Position numbers and translations under genes: made by a program. From NCBI GenBank assembly GCA_021647405.1, contig JAKIUU010000006.1:30148-94147 (forward strand): a stretch of DNA of 64,000 nucleotides. Reading direction: 5' to 3'. This document shows positions 40,859 through 52,888 of this stretch, in pieces. Positions within the stretch are counted from its first letter, which is position 1. Each line of letters begins with the position of its first letter. The DNA is from Flavobacteriaceae bacterium. GTDB taxonomy: Bacteria > Bacteroidota > Bacteroidia > Flavobacteriales > Flavobacteriaceae. Below the pieces are notes generated by a model. The model was not told the DNA's origin. It ran no database searches and was given only the letters and a program-made list of their open reading frames with translations.

Positions 40859-41440
40859 ATGATAAGTCATTTAAAAGGAAAACTGGTAGAGAAAACACCA
40901 ACCTATGTTATATTAGATTGTAATGGCGTAGGCTATACCGTAAATATTTCGTTACATACCTATTCTAAAATTCCCAATAACGAGCTTCTAAAACTTGAAA
41001 CACTTTTAATAGTTAAAGAAGATTCTCATACACTTTACGGATTTTATGATAAAATAGAACGTGCCATTTTTAAACTTTTAATTTCTGTCTCAGGGGTAGG
41101 CCCAAGTATTGCCAGAACAATGTTATCTTCGATGCCTCCCAAACAAATTCAAGAGGCCATTGTATCAAATAATGTTGCCAGCATACAATCGGCTAAAGGA
41201 ATAGGTGCTAAAACAGCCCAACGTGTAATTTTAGATTTAAAAGATAAAATAATAAAGACTTTTGATTTATCTGAAGATTTAAGTACACAAAACAATACAA
41301 TTAAAGATGAAGCGTTAAGTGCATTAGAAGTTTTGGGGTATAGCAGAAGGCAATCAGAAAAGACGGTTCAAAAAATCATTTTAGAACATACCGATGCCTC
41401 TCTCGAAAACATTATTAAATTAGCGCTTAAAAATCTATAA
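40859..41440 (+). CDS. ruvA: Holliday junction DNA-binding protein RuvA
   Basis: 193 aa. It begins MISHLKGKL and contains helix-hairpin-helix motifs (GVGPSIA, GIGAKTA). Confidence 0.9.
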   Translation: MISHLKGKLVEKTPTYVILDCNGVGYTVNISLHTYSKIPNNELLKLETLLIVKEDSHTLYGFYDKIERAIFKLLISVSGVGPSIARTMLSSMPPKQIQEAIVSNNVASIQSAKGIGAKTAQRVILDLKDKIIKTFDLSEDLSTQNNTIKDEALSALEVLGYSRRQSEKTVQKIILEHTDASLENIIKLALKNL

Positions 41441-41445
41441 TTGGG

Positions 41446-44400
41446 TTGACATTACTATCAAAATACATAAAATTAGTATTAAGTTTGGGTTTGTTTTTTC
41501 TGATATGGCAAAATGCCGTATCTCAAACTCCCACACCTCCTCCTGCTCCTCAGGTAAAAGACACACTCAAAAAAGACAGCATTCCGCCATTAAAATACTT
41601 TTTTAGAAACCATCAAAAAGGAAGTCTCTATTTAAAAGACCCTTCAAAAATTACCATTACATACGATTCTGAAAGCGGCCACTATCTGTTTTTAGAAAAA
41701 ATTGGCGATTACTATATGGAATCACCTTATTTTATGACTCAAAAAGAGTATCAAAAATACCGCTTAAATCGTGATATGATTGATTATTTTAAATCTAAAA
41801 TAAGTAATAACAGCCGTTTAAACAAAAACAATCCCAATGCCAAAAAAGACGAGCTCCCAACTTATTATGTAAATTCAAAATTTTTCGAAAGCATTTTTGG
41901 CGGCAATAGTGTTGTGGTAAACCCCCAAGGAACACTCCTGTTAAAATTGGGCGTTTTATATCAAAAAGTAGACAATCCACAACTTTCTGAAAACAACAGA
42001 AAGAGTACCACCTTCAATTTTGACCAACAAATAAGTGCCAGTTTAACTGCTCAAATAGGCAGACGTTTAAAGGTAAGTGCTAATTTTGACACACAGTCTA
42101 CTTTTAATTTCCAAAATCTGGTAAAATTAGAATACACACCTGATGCCGATGATATTATCCGTAAAATTGAAGTTGGTAATATCAGCATGCCTATTAAAAA
42201 TTCTTTGATAAAAGGCGCTCAGAATTTAATTGGTGTTAAAACCGAATTGCAATTTGGCAAAACCACTGTAACTACTGTCTTAGCGCAACAGCAATCAGAA
42301 ACCCGGTCTGTATCGGCTCAAGGGGGCGCTAGTATAAATGAATTTAACTTAAAAGTTAGCGATTACGATGCCAATAAACACTTCTTCTTATCTCAAAAAT
42401 TTAGAGATAATTACAATACTGCATTGGCCAATTTACCTCTAATTAATAGTGGTATAAATATTACGCGTGTAGAAGTTTGGGTATCTAATAGAAATAGCAC
42501 CACCCAAAATGTAAGAAATATAGTAGCATTGTCTGATTTAGGAGAATTAAAAACCCAAAATATTGGCAATTCTAGTGTGATTCCAAGTGGTTCGCAAGAT
42601 GCTTCTAACGATGCCAATAATTTAAACAGTTTATTATTACCCAATGGCCCTATAAGAGAAATTTCTAGTGTTGGTTCAGCTTTAGCGCCATTTAATATGT
42701 CGCAAGGAAATGATTATTCTGTTTTAGAAAATGCACGAAGTCTGCAATTAAACAACGACTTTACTTTTAACCCACAATTGGGGTATATCACATTAAACAG
42801 CCGCTTGGCACAAAGCGATGTTTTAGCCGTAAGTTTCGAATACACAGAAAATGGCAATGTGTATAAAGTTGGTGAATTTTCTGATGACGGTATTGCACCC
42901 CCTAATAATTTGGCTGTAAAATTACTGCGTAGCGAAGTGATAAACACCAATATTCCGCTTTGGAATTTGATGATGAAAAATGTGTATTCGCTTAACGCCT
43001 ACCAAATGCAAAGAGATGAATTTAGGCTTGAAGTTCTTTATGAAGATGACAATACTGGTGTGCCTGTAAATATTCTTCAAGGAGCACAAACTGTTGCCGT
43101 TCAAAACAAAACACTGCTTAATATTTTAAAGTTAGACCGTTTAGACCAATCGAGTAATATAAAACCTGATGGTGATGGCTTTTTTGATTATATAGAAGGA
43201 ATAACTGTTAACTCAGAAAAGGGCTATATTACTTTTCCAGTAATTGAACCTTTTGGTAAGGACTTAGACGCCATTCTTACCGACCCAGCTGATTCTAAAT
43301 TCGTATTTAACGAACTCTATGCTATTACCCAATCTGAAGCTGTAAATAATTTTCAACAAAAAAACAAGTACCTAATTAAAGGTTATTATAAATCGGCAGG
43401 AACACAAGGTATTCCGCTTGGTGTCTTTAACGCACAACCAGGCTCTGTTGTAGTCACTTCTGGTGGACGTCAATTGGTAGAAGGTGTAGATTATGTGGTA
43501 GATTATCAAATAGGAAATGTTCAAATTATTAATCCTACACTGATTGCTTCTAAAGCACCCGTTCAGGTTTCTGTTGAAAACAACAACGGATTTTCGCAAC
43601 AACAACGCAGCTTTTTTGGCTTAGATATAGCGCATAAATTTTCTGATAAATTTGTTGCAGGTGCCACTATTTTAAATTTAAAAGAAAAGCCCCTTACTCA
43701 AAAAATACAATTTGGCAGCGAACCTGTTAACAATACCCTCTTGGGGTTAAATTTTAGCTACAGCACAACCGTGCCTAAATTGACCAAACTCGTCAATAAA
43801 TTGCCTTTTATTGACACCAATGTTCCTTCAAAAATTTCTGTGAGAGGTGAATTCGCTTATATAATACCTGGTAGCCCCAAAGAAATATCGCAACAAAGCG
43901 AGGCAACTTCGTATATCGATGATTTTGAAGGTTCACAAATCCCCATCAGTCTGAATTCGCCCAGACAGTGGTTTTTGGCAAGCACACCACAAAACCAAAC
44001 CGACCCTTCGTTAATAAATTTAGGAGGTGATAATACAGATTTGAGCTATGGCAAAAATCGGGCTAAACTATCATGGTACAATATTGACCGTTTGTTTTAT
44101 GGAGGCTCTTCTTTAAAACCAAATAATATTGATGACAATGAATTGTCAAGAGCTGAAATACGTCGGGTAGATTTAAAAGAATTATTTCCCCAACAGGATG
44201 TAGATTTTACACAATCTACTGTGGTACGAACTTTTGATTTGGCCTATTTTCCGCAAGAGCGTGGCAGTTATAATTTTGACGCCACAAATATAGATGCTGA
44301 CGGCAATCTTACAAATCCCGAAAACCGTTGGGCAGGAATTATGCGTTCTTTGAGTACCACAGATTTTGAACAGGCAAATGTAGAGTATATTCAGTTTTGG

Positions 44401-47400
44401 GTTATGGATCCATTCGAACATTATTCTATTACAGAAAGCGAAGGTTTTCCTAAAAATCACACCTTATCGGATGCTGATTTTACAGGCGAATTGTATATTA
44501 ATTTAGGTAATATTTCTGAAGACATCCTTAAAGATGGTCGTAAAATGTTTGAAAATGGTTTGCCGCAAGATGGGCAAAAAGACCCTTCAATTATAAATGA
44601 AACAATTTGGTCAGATATTCCTCTTAACCAATCTTTACTCTATGCTTTCGACGAGAAAGACCAAGCACGAACCCATCAAGATTTAGGTTTAGATGGCTTA
44701 AATGACAGCGAAGAGGCTTTGCGTTTTAGTACTTTTTTAAATCAGCTTCCACCCAGTGTAGAAACACAAATGCAACACGATCCTGCATCAGATAATTATC
44801 AGTATTTTAGAGGGTCTGCATTAGATAATGCGGGAGCCACAATATTAAATCGGTATAAAAATTACACCAACACTCAAGGAAATTCGCCCACAGCAAATCT
44901 TTCAACAGAATCCTTTCCAACATCGGCAACCTCATTCCCAGACGTAGAAGATATTGACAAAGACCAGACAATGAATACCGTTGAAAGTTATTTTCAGTAC
45001 AAAATTTCTTTTAATAAAAACGATTTGGTTGTTGGCAGAAATAATATTGTTGACAAACGCGAAGTAAATGTTTCACTTTCCGATGGCAATTCGCAAACAG
45101 TCTCTTGGTATCAAATTAGAATCCCAATAAAATCGCCCGATGCTGTTATAAACGGTATTACCAATTTTAATTCCATCCGCTTTATGCGCCTCTTCTTAAC
45201 CAAATTTAAAATACCCGTGGTATTGCGATTTGGCGAATTTGAATTGGTACGAGGCGATTGGAGGCGCTTTACAAGGACACTTCCTGCACCACCAAGTGTT
45301 CCTATTAATTTAGACGGCATACAATTACAAAATTTTGTTGTAGGGGTTGTAAATATTCAAGAAAACGAAGGACGCTATCCTATTAAATACATATTACCTC
45401 CAGGAATTATAAGAGAACGCCTTCAAGGAAGCACAACCATACAACGTCAAAATGAACAAAGTTTATCTGTTAAAATTAAAGATTTAGCACCCCAAGAAAC
45501 ACGTGCTGTTTTCAAAAATGTGAGTATGGATTTAAGGATGTTTAAAAAATTAAAACTCTTTATTCATGCAGAAAGTGCTGTAGGACAAACGGAGGTACAA
45601 GACAACGAATTAAAAGCCATTATTAGATTGGGAAGCGATATTGACGAAAATTATTATCAAATTGAAGTCCCTCTTTCAATTACAGCATTTGGCGCACTTA
45701 GCGCAGAAGAAGTTTGGCCCGAATTAAATAATATAAATCTGGCCCTTGATAAGCTCGGAAAATTAAAACTTTTGCGCTTTGAGAGCAATCTGACGCCAAA
45801 CACACTTTTTCCAGCCATAGGAGCACCTCCTGTTTTTGACGATTTGGGCGCTATTGAAGTTAGGGTTTTTGGAAATCCAAACCTTGCCAATATAAAAACG
45901 GTTATGTTGGGTATTAAAAATACAAGTTTTTCGCCAAAAAGTGCCGAGATTTGGTTTAATGAATTGCGTGTGGCGCAATTTGACAACAAAGGCGGTTGGT
46001 CTGCTAATATCAATGCCGATGGGAATCTTGCCGATTTTGCCGACATCTCTTTTGTAGGAAGTGCCAGTTCAATTGGATTTGGATCTATAGACCAGCGTGT
46101 AAGTGAACGAAGTCAAGAAGATGTAAAACAATACAACATTATTACCAATATAAATTTAGGGAAACTCTTTCCTAAAAAATGGGGTGTAAATTTACCGATG
46201 AACTACAGCACTGCCGAAGAATTTAGAGACCCAAAATATGACCCACAGTTGCAAGACATACTTTTTGCTGATGCCAAAAATACAAACAGTAATGATTCAA
46301 GAGATTATACACAGCGCACCAGTATAAGCTTTATGAATGTAAAAAAAGACAGGACAGATGCCACTAAGCAAAAAAGACCTTACGATATTGAAAATATTTC
46401 AGTAAGCTATGCATACAATCAAACTTATCACAGAGATTATAACACCAAGTTGTTAAAAGATCAGAACGTACGCACTTCGGCTAATTACAATTACACTTTT
46501 AAACCCTATGTTTTAGAGCCCTTTAAAAAGACTAAATTCTTTGATAAGAAAAGCTATTTGAAATTTATAAGAGACCTAAATATAAATTTAGTCCCCACAT
46601 CTATAGCTATTAACACAAATATCAGAAGGACTTATAATGAGCAACTTTCGAGAGATTTGATTGGTGGATTGCCCGATTTGCCCACTTTAAAACAACGCTA
46701 CTTTTTATTTGATTGGGACTATAATGTGGCTTACGACCTCACAAAATCTTTAGATTTCAATTTTAGGGCTGCAAACAATTATGTGTATGACGACTTCCTA
46801 TCTGACGATGTTAGAATTTTTGATAGTTTCTTTAAAATAGGACGGCCTCAAAATTACCACCAATCTTTAAATGCCACTTATAAATTACCTTTAGACAAAA
46901 TTCCTTATTTAAACTTTATTACCAGTACATTTACCTATACTGCCGATTTTGATTGGCAAGCTTCATCAAAAGCCGTAGTTGAATCTGTAGGTAATAGCAT
47001 TAGTAATGCCAATACCAATAATTTTTCGGCTACACTAAATCTCACCAAATTTTACAAAACTGTTGGTGTTGATAAATTGAGGGCAGGTGCTTCAAAAAAC
47101 AAAAAAGATACAGAAAAGCAAACCAAAGTTAACGCAGGTAATAAAGCTGTAAATACCGTACTGGATATCGTCACATCCATAAAAAAAATAGGCTTGAGCT
47201 ATACCTCAAATAACGGTACATTTTTGCCTGGCTACATTCCCGAAATAGGTTTCTTAGGCCGTAATAATTTTTCAGGAGGTTTGGCGCCTACATTCGGATT
47301 TGTTTTTGGAAGCCAAAACGACATTAGAGACTTGGCCTTAACACGCGGATGGTTAATTTCAAGAAGCGCTTCAGATCCTATCTTTAACAAAACCTATACA

Positions 47401-48492
47401 ACTTCTCATTACGATAAGTTAGACCTTACTGCCAATATAAAACCCCTTAAAGATTTGCAAATAGACCTCATTGCCAATAGAATTTTTACAAGTAACGAGA
47501 GCCAACAAATTGATATTATTGACAATGCTTTTTCTAGTGCACCTATAAATACCATGGGGAATTTTAGCATCAGTCGCATTATGATAAAAACTTCGTTTGA
47601 CAATAATGGCGATGACACATTTGCCACATTTAAAGCCAATAGAAGTATTATTGCAAATCGTTTGGCTCAAAAAGCAGGATTGGCAACAACCGACGGTTTT
47701 GGAGAAACAAGTCAGCAAGTATTATTACCTGCCTTTTTAGCCGCTTATTCAGGAAAAGAGGCCTCAAAAATATCTTTAAACTCATTTAGAAATACCCCTG
47801 TTCCCAATTGGAAAATTTCTTATAGAGGTTTGATGAAAATAAAATGGTTTAAAGAAAACTTTAGCAGTTTTACATTGTCAAATGCCTATCGTGGTTCGTA
47901 TGGCATAACTGGCTACACCAACAATTTACAATTTGACATCAATAATCCCTATGGCAATTCAAACAAAAACAAAGCAGCCAATTTTAATAGTGAGCTCTTG
48001 ATAAGTTCCGTTAATTTAATAGAGGACTTTTCGCCTTTAATAAAGATTGACTTTAGAATGAAAAATGCCTTCTCATTTAAAGCCGAAATAAAAAGAGATA
48101 AATCTTTAAATCTTAATTTTAATAACAATACACTGACCGAAATACGTGGAAAAGAATATGTTTTTGGCATAGGATACCGTATTAAAGATTTGCAATTAAG
48201 GATAAAAACAGGAAATAGCAACACAACTTATAAAGGTGATTTAAATCTTAAAGCCGATTTAACTATTCGCGATAATTTAACTGTAATACGCGCTTTAGAC
48301 AAAGATAACAACCAAGTTACAGGCGGTCAGAAAATAGTAGCTTTTAAATTTTTAGCCGATTACAATTTGACAAAAAATATAATGGCCAGCTTTTTTTATG
48401 ACCAAAATACTTCTAGATTTGCAATATCAACAACCTTCCCAAGAAAATCTATAAGCACTGGCTTAAGTCTAAGATACACCTTTGGGAATTAA
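41446..48492 (+). CDS. sprA: cell-surface gliding-motility / type IX secretion translocon protein SprA
   Basis: 2348-aa ORF with a signal peptide and beta-rich composition. Size and the ruvA-sprA-gcvH neighbourhood are typical of Flavobacteriia. TTG start. Confidence 0.8.
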   Translation: MTLLSKYIKLVLSLGLFFLIWQNAVSQTPTPPPAPQVKDTLKKDSIPPLKYFFRNHQKGSLYLKDPSKITITYDSESGHYLFLEKIGDYYMESPYFMTQKEYQKYRLNRDMIDYFKSKISNNSRLNKNNPNAKKDELPTYYVNSKFFESIFGGNSVVVNPQGTLLLKLGVLYQKVDNPQLSENNRKSTTFNFDQQISASLTAQIGRRLKVSANFDTQSTFNFQNLVKLEYTPDADDIIRKIEVGNISMPIKNSLIKGAQNLIGVKTELQFGKTTVTTVLAQQQSETRSVSAQGGASINEFNLKVSDYDANKHFFLSQKFRDNYNTALANLPLINSGINITRVEVWVSNRNSTTQNVRNIVALSDLGELKTQNIGNSSVIPSGSQDASNDANNLNSLLLPNGPIREISSVGSALAPFNMSQGNDYSVLENARSLQLNNDFTFNPQLGYITLNSRLAQSDVLAVSFEYTENGNVYKVGEFSDDGIAPPNNLAVKLLRSEVINTNIPLWNLMMKNVYSLNAYQMQRDEFRLEVLYEDDNTGVPVNILQGAQTVAVQNKTLLNILKLDRLDQSSNIKPDGDGFFDYIEGITVNSEKGYITFPVIEPFGKDLDAILTDPADSKFVFNELYAITQSEAVNNFQQKNKYLIKGYYKSAGTQGIPLGVFNAQPGSVVVTSGGRQLVEGVDYVVDYQIGNVQIINPTLIASKAPVQVSVENNNGFSQQQRSFFGLDIAHKFSDKFVAGATILNLKEKPLTQKIQFGSEPVNNTLLGLNFSYSTTVPKLTKLVNKLPFIDTNVPSKISVRGEFAYIIPGSPKEISQQSEATSYIDDFEGSQIPISLNSPRQWFLASTPQNQTDPSLINLGGDNTDLSYGKNRAKLSWYNIDRLFYGGSSLKPNNIDDNELSRAEIRRVDLKELFPQQDVDFTQSTVVRTFDLAYFPQERGSYNFDATNIDADGNLTNPENRWAGIMRSLSTTDFEQANVEYIQFWVMDPFEHYSITESEGFPKNHTLSDADFTGELYINLGNISEDILKDGRKMFENGLPQDGQKDPSIINETIWSDIPLNQSLLYAFDEKDQARTHQDLGLDGLNDSEEALRFSTFLNQLPPSVETQMQHDPASDNYQYFRGSALDNAGATILNRYKNYTNTQGNSPTANLSTESFPTSATSFPDVEDIDKDQTMNTVESYFQYKISFNKNDLVVGRNNIVDKREVNVSLSDGNSQTVSWYQIRIPIKSPDAVINGITNFNSIRFMRLFLTKFKIPVVLRFGEFELVRGDWRRFTRTLPAPPSVPINLDGIQLQNFVVGVVNIQENEGRYPIKYILPPGIIRERLQGSTTIQRQNEQSLSVKIKDLAPQETRAVFKNVSMDLRMFKKLKLFIHAESAVGQTEVQDNELKAIIRLGSDIDENYYQIEVPLSITAFGALSAEEVWPELNNINLALDKLGKLKLLRFESNLTPNTLFPAIGAPPVFDDLGAIEVRVFGNPNLANIKTVMLGIKNTSFSPKSAEIWFNELRVAQFDNKGGWSANINADGNLADFADISFVGSASSIGFGSIDQRVSERSQEDVKQYNIITNINLGKLFPKKWGVNLPMNYSTAEEFRDPKYDPQLQDILFADAKNTNSNDSRDYTQRTSISFMNVKKDRTDATKQKRPYDIENISVSYAYNQTYHRDYNTKLLKDQNVRTSANYNYTFKPYVLEPFKKTKFFDKKSYLKFIRDLNINLVPTSIAINTNIRRTYNEQLSRDLIGGLPDLPTLKQRYFLFDWDYNVAYDLTKSLDFNFRAANNYVYDDFLSDDVRIFDSFFKIGRPQNYHQSLNATYKLPLDKIPYLNFITSTFTYTADFDWQASSKAVVESVGNSISNANTNNFSATLNLTKFYKTVGVDKLRAGASKNKKDTEKQTKVNAGNKAVNTVLDIVTSIKKIGLSYTSNNGTFLPGYIPEIGFLGRNNFSGGLAPTFGFVFGSQNDIRDLALTRGWLISRSASDPIFNKTYTTSHYDKLDLTANIKPLKDLQIDLIANRIFTSNESQQIDIIDNAFSSAPINTMGNFSISRIMIKTSFDNNGDDTFATFKANRSIIANRLAQKAGLATTDGFGETSQQVLLPAFLAAYSGKEASKISLNSFRNTPVPNWKISYRGLMKIKWFKENFSSFTLSNAYRGSYGITGYTNNLQFDINNPYGNSNKNKAANFNSELLISSVNLIEDFSPLIKIDFRMKNAFSFKAEIKRDKSLNLNFNNNTLTEIRGKEYVFGIGYRIKDLQLRIKTGNSNTTYKGDLNLKADLTIRDNLTVIRALDKDNNQVTGGQKIVAFKFLADYNLTKNIMASFFYDQNTSRFAISTTFPRKSISTGLSLRYTFGN

Positions 48493-48508
48493 TAATTTAA
48501 AAGTAATA

Positions 48509-48889
48509 ATGAACATACCTACACATTTAAAGTACACCAAAGATCATGAATGGATTGCCATAAATGGCACTACTGCAACCATTGGCATTACAGATTTTGC
48601 CCAAGGCGAATTGGGAGATATTGTTTACGTTGATATTGATACTGTGGGCGAAACTTTAAATAACGACGCTGTTTTTGGAACTGTTGAAGCTGTTAAAACA
48701 GTTTCCGATTTATTTATGCCCCTTGATGGTGAAATTTTAGAATTTAATGAGGATCTAGAAGACCAGCCCGAATTGGTAAATTCAGATCCTTACGGAAAAG
48801 GATGGATAATAAAAATCGCCTTAGAAGACAGTTCAAAATTAGAAAATTTATTAGATGCAGAAGCTTATAAGGCACTTATTGTCGGATAA
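48509..48889 (+). CDS. gcvH: glycine cleavage system protein H
   Basis: The ATG at 48509 ([16 protein letters not shown]) is preferred. Lipoyl-lysine motif VEAVKTVSD present. Confidence 0.9.
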   Translation: MNIPTHLKYTKDHEWIAINGTTATIGITDFAQGELGDIVYVDIDTVGETLNNDAVFGTVEAVKTVSDLFMPLDGEILEFNEDLEDQPELVNSDPYGKGWIIKIALEDSSKLENLLDAEAYKALIVG

Positions 48890-48899
48890 ATCACTCTAT

Positions 48900-49241
48900 A
48901 TGGCATTAGCCTGTAGTGTTTTTATTCTAATTTTCAGTCTTGTTCCCATCAAAAATGCTGTGTTGGGCAGTATAGAGAATTCTGATAAAATTCTCCATAC
49001 TTTTTCATACGCCATACTAAGTCTAAGCTGGCTTTTTTATTTTAATCCACAAAAAAAACTCAGAATAAAATTGCTTGTTGCTTTTTCATTATTTTGTTAT
49101 GGCATCATTATTGAAGTGCTCCAATCGACACTAACTACCTACAGAACGGGTAGTTTTAACGATGTAATTGCAAATACAATCGGAATTTTCATTGCACTTA
49201 TTACTTTTAAGACACTTTATAAGATTATTTTTTCGAAATAA
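48900..49241 (+). CDS. VanZ-like small membrane protein
   Basis: About 113 aa from the ATG at 48900, with four hydrophobic helices and a VanZ-like pattern (HTFSYAILS...GIIIEVLQ). Confidence 0.5.
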   Translation: MALACSVFILIFSLVPIKNAVLGSIENSDKILHTFSYAILSLSWLFYFNPQKKLRIKLLVAFSLFCYGIIIEVLQSTLTTYRTGSFNDVIANTIGIFIALITFKTLYKIIFSK

Positions 49242-49305
49242 TTAAATAAGTTGCAAATGTTTTAATTAAATTATTAAATTAGCGAACTTATTAAATTACT
49301 TACGC

Positions 49306-50028
49306 ATGAAATTAAAAAAGAACCCCAAAGCAAACCTAGAAAACTATAGCAAGTTCTTTATGCAGCTAGGCTTGGTAATGGCATTATTAGTTTGTCTTTT
49401 ATCTATTGAGTTTAAGACTTACGATCGGACAATATCAACCTTCGGCGATTTAAACATGGATGAAGTGCTTGAAGAAGATATTCCAATTACAGAACGTATT
49501 GAACCTGTTAAACCACCACCACCACCACCACCTGCTCCAGAAGTAATTCAGGTTGTAGAAGATAAAGCCGAAGTTGAAGAAACTGTTTTAGAATCTACCG
49601 AAACTGATGAAACAGAAAAAGTAGAGGTTGAAGAGATAATTGAAGTTATTGAAGAAGAAGAAATTGGCGATGTGCCTTTTGCTATTATCGAAAATGCCCC
49701 TGTTTATCCTGGTTGCGAAGGCAAATCGAAAGCAGAACAAAAAAAATGTCTCTCTCAAAGCATCACCAAATTGGTCTACAAAAAATTCAATGTAGATTTG
49801 GCTTCAGACTTAGGTTTAACACCGGGTAAAAAAAGAATCTTTGTGATGTTTAAAATTGACAAAACAGGTAGGGTTGTTGATATTAGAGCCAGAGCGCCTC
49901 ACAAACGCTTAGAAAAAGAAGCCAAGCGCGTTGTTAGTTTAATTCCCAGAATGACACCTGGTAAACAAAGAGGTCGTGCTGTTGGTGTAAAATACAGCCT
50001 GCCTATTGTGTTTAACGTACAAGATTAA
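49306..50028 (+). CDS. TonB-family energy transducer
   Basis: 240 aa. It has an N-terminal transmembrane anchor, a Pro7 linker followed by a Glu-rich linker, and a C-terminal TonB-C domain with the PVYPGC...KKC motif common in Bacteroidota. Confidence 0.7.
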   Translation: MKLKKNPKANLENYSKFFMQLGLVMALLVCLLSIEFKTYDRTISTFGDLNMDEVLEEDIPITERIEPVKPPPPPPPAPEVIQVVEDKAEVEETVLESTETDETEKVEVEEIIEVIEEEEIGDVPFAIIENAPVYPGCEGKSKAEQKKCLSQSITKLVYKKFNVDLASDLGLTPGKKRIFVMFKIDKTGRVVDIRARAPHKRLEKEAKRVVSLIPRMTPGKQRGRAVGVKYSLPIVFNVQD

Positions 50029-50049
50029 ACCTCTTAAATTATACTTTTA

Positions 50050-50085
50050 AAAATCCCATTTCTAAAAACAGAGATGGGATTTTTA
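50050..50085 (+). terminator. rho-independent terminator after the TonB-like gene
   Basis: AUCCCAUUUCU-aaaaac-AGAGAUGGGAU forms an 11-bp stem with one G-U pair (a wobble only on the plus strand), followed by UUUUU. Confidence 0.6.
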
Positions 50086-50125
50086 TATTAAATTAGTACC
50101 TTCGTAAGCATATAATAAAACCTCT

Positions 50126-50701
50126 ATGAAAAACTTCTTCGCACATGAAACAGCCGTTATTGATGCCGATTGCAGTATAGGAAAGGATACTAAAATTTGG
50201 CATTTTAGCCATATTATGAGCAACTGTAGTATTGGCGAAAAATGTAATATTGGTCAGAATGTGGTTATAGCGCCACAGGTAAAATTAGGACGCAATGTTA
50301 AAGTTCAAAATAATGTTTCTATTTATACGGGTGTAACTTGTGAGGACGATGTTTTTTTAGGCCCCTCAATGGTCTTTACCAATATCATCAATCCGAGAAG
50401 TGCTATTCTACGCCGTGACCAATACCAGCAAACCATTGTTAAAAAAGGAGCCAGTATTGGCGCCAATGCCACAATAATTTGTGGTAATAATATTGGCGAA
50501 TACGCAATGGTGGGTGCAGGAAGTGTTATCACAAAAGAAGTTTTGCCCTATGCCTTGGTTGTGGGCAACCCCGCCAAACAAATTGGATGGGTAAGCGAAT
50601 ATGGCCACCGCTTGAATTTTGATGAAAATGGAGAAGCCATTTGCCCTGAAAGTAAAGATACCTATCAATTAAAAAACGCTTTTGTTTCCAAAATAAACTA
50701 A
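50126..50701 (+). CDS. left-handed beta-helix (hexapeptide) sugar N-acetyltransferase, WbpD/WxcM-like
   Basis: 191 aa with repeated hexapeptide pattern ([LIV]G....). Its stop overlaps the next start in TAATG. Confidence 0.7.
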   Translation: MKNFFAHETAVIDADCSIGKDTKIWHFSHIMSNCSIGEKCNIGQNVVIAPQVKLGRNVKVQNNVSIYTGVTCEDDVFLGPSMVFTNIINPRSAILRRDQYQQTIVKKGASIGANATIICGNNIGEYAMVGAGSVITKEVLPYALVVGNPAKQIGWVSEYGHRLNFDENGEAICPESKDTYQLKNAFVSKIN

Positions 50702-52803
50702 TGTCAAAAAAAAATATTTTATTCCTGTTCTTATACTTTTCTTTTGCGATAAACTTATTCGCTCAAGAAGAAAAATATCCTGTTTACAGTGGCTGTGCAC
50801 AAACTTCTGAGAAAAATTTACAACAATGCTTTTTAGAGTCCGTAAAGAAAGAAGTCCTCAATAAAATAGAACTCCCAGAAACTCTAAAGAAAGACAATTT
50901 TGAGGGCACTATAAACATCCTCTTTTTAGTAAATAGAGAAGGGCGATTCGAAATGCTTTACGCAGACACAAACTACGGTGATTTAAAAAAAATATTAAAG
51001 CATGTTTTTAAAAATATCCCCACAGCCAAACCTGCTCTTTATGGCGACCGCCCTGTTGAAATGCGCTTTATTTTTCCGTTAACCATACCGCTTGGAAGCG
51101 CCCCTAAAAACACACATATAGCAAAAGACAAACCCAAACAACTTTTTTTTAGAAAAATAAAAAGACCTAAAACACCTAAAAAAATAAAACTACGCTTCGT
51201 TAAAAAGGCCATAACCCAAAAAGGATTTTATCCTGAGCATCAAAGTGTATTAAACATTCCTTTATCGCAATCTGATTATACTTTTTTAGACTATTATTAC
51301 AATAAAAATAGCGCTGCTCATACCGATTTTAAACCATTTATTTATGATGATGCCACAAAATATGTCGATTTAGACGCCCAAAAAAATGCGTTATTAAAAC
51401 TTAGAAATTCATGGTTTGGTAGAAAATTTTGGAACGAACACATGCTTATTGTTCAAGACAAAGATTATTGGTTTACCCTAAACCCCATTGCCGATTTACA
51501 ATTGGGTAAAGACAATTCGGGTGTGAGCTACACCTACAATAACACACGTGCTGTACAGTTGCAAGGCGGATTAGGTTCTCACCTTAATTTTTCATCAACT
51601 ATTTACGAAAGTCAAGGACGTTTTGCAGATTATATCAATCAGTTTATAATTGATAACAAGCCTGTTAATTCAAATGGTTTGGTTCCTGGCAAAGGCCGGT
51701 CTAAAGAGTTCAATACAAATGGCTATGATTACCCTACTGCCGAAGGTTATATTTCTTACGCCCCAAATCAGTTCTTTAATTTTCAATTTGGACATGGTAA
51801 AAATTTTATTGGCGACGGCTACCGCTCTCTATTCTTATCGGATACACCATCGGCATCGCCTTATATTAAAATTGCAACAACTTTTTGGAAAATCCGTTAT
51901 ACAAATCTTTGGCTTTTTATGGATGATGTAAGGCCCGAAGCCCAAATTAATGGCGCCAATGCCAGAAAATTTGTTGTGATGCACAATTTAAGTTACAACA
52001 TAAATAAAAAACTAACCATCAGCCTTTTTGAATCTGTTATTTCTGATAATGCCAGTCATGATGGGCTTAATATTAACTACATCAATCCCATAATTTTCTT
52101 CAGACCCATTGAGTTTTCTCGCGGAGAAAGTGCCGGTAATGCTTTATTAGGCTTGGGGCTTAAATATAAATTTACCGATAATTTCTTGGTCTATAATCAA
52201 ATTTTAGTCGACGAGTTAAATTTGGGGAATCTTACTTCAGGTGTGGGCTCTTGGACCAATAAATTCGGATTTCAAATTGGCGCAAAATACTTTAATGCTT
52301 TTAAAATTGAAAATTTACATCTACAAACAGAGCTAAACATTGTAAGGCCTTTTACATACTCGCATGCCAACCCCATACTAAATTACGCACATTTTAACCA
52401 ACCTATTGCACACCCTTGGGGGGCTAATTTCTGGGAATTCATCGCCATTGCACGCTACAAAAAAGACCGTTGGTTTGGCAATGCCAAATTTATAATTGGC
52501 AAAAAAGGTTTTGATATAGAAGGCAATAATACAAGCTTTGGTGGCGATTTATACATAGATTACAACCAACGCGGCAGCGATGTTGGACAAACCTTGGCGC
52601 AAGGCAATAAAACAGCTATTTTTATTGGCGATTTACAAGCTGGATATTTAATAAATCCCGCTACAAACCTCAAACTTTTTGCCAATATAAGTTACAGAAA
52701 ATTTACACCTACCATTACAACAACCCATTTTAAAGCCACCACAACTACTTGGATTAATTTTGGTTTTAGAACCGACTTATTTAATTGGTATTTTGATTTT
52801 TAA
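50701..52803 (+). CDS. outer-membrane protein: N-terminal TonB-C-like domain plus large beta-barrel (possibly Wzi/RemB-like)
   Basis: 700 aa with a signal peptide. Its N-terminal YPVYSGC...QQC domain resembles the C-terminal domain of the TonB-like protein at 49306. It is aromatic-rich and ends in F. The RemB/Wzi assignment comes from memory of synteny near sprA and is not verified. Confidence 0.45.
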   Translation: MSKKNILFLFLYFSFAINLFAQEEKYPVYSGCAQTSEKNLQQCFLESVKKEVLNKIELPETLKKDNFEGTINILFLVNREGRFEMLYADTNYGDLKKILKHVFKNIPTAKPALYGDRPVEMRFIFPLTIPLGSAPKNTHIAKDKPKQLFFRKIKRPKTPKKIKLRFVKKAITQKGFYPEHQSVLNIPLSQSDYTFLDYYYNKNSAAHTDFKPFIYDDATKYVDLDAQKNALLKLRNSWFGRKFWNEHMLIVQDKDYWFTLNPIADLQLGKDNSGVSYTYNNTRAVQLQGGLGSHLNFSSTIYESQGRFADYINQFIIDNKPVNSNGLVPGKGRSKEFNTNGYDYPTAEGYISYAPNQFFNFQFGHGKNFIGDGYRSLFLSDTPSASPYIKIATTFWKIRYTNLWLFMDDVRPEAQINGANARKFVVMHNLSYNINKKLTISLFESVISDNASHDGLNINYINPIIFFRPIEFSRGESAGNALLGLGLKYKFTDNFLVYNQILVDELNLGNLTSGVGSWTNKFGFQIGAKYFNAFKIENLHLQTELNIVRPFTYSHANPILNYAHFNQPIAHPWGANFWEFIAIARYKKDRWFGNAKFIIGKKGFDIEGNNTSFGGDLYIDYNQRGSDVGQTLAQGNKTAIFIGDLQAGYLINPATNLKLFANISYRKFTPTITTTHFKATTTTWINFGFRTDLFNWYFDF

Positions 52804-52820
52804 ACGAAATCCTTTTCGTT
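52803..52820 (+). terminator. small hairpin after the outer-membrane gene
   Basis: AACGAAA-tcct-TTTCGTT (7-bp stem) overlaps the stop codon. The downstream T-tract is weak. Confidence 0.3.
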
Positions 52821-52860
52821 AATTTTAAATACCCAATAAAATTCATGCTGTTTAAGTTTG

Positions 52861-52868
52861 TACCTTTG
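52861..52868 (+). promoter_or_regulatory. -7 box TACCTTTG upstream of gpmI
   Basis: TAnnTTTG match 20 nt before the ATG at 52889. Confidence 0.3.
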
Positions 52869-52888
52869 TCTCTCATAATTAAGTCCTG

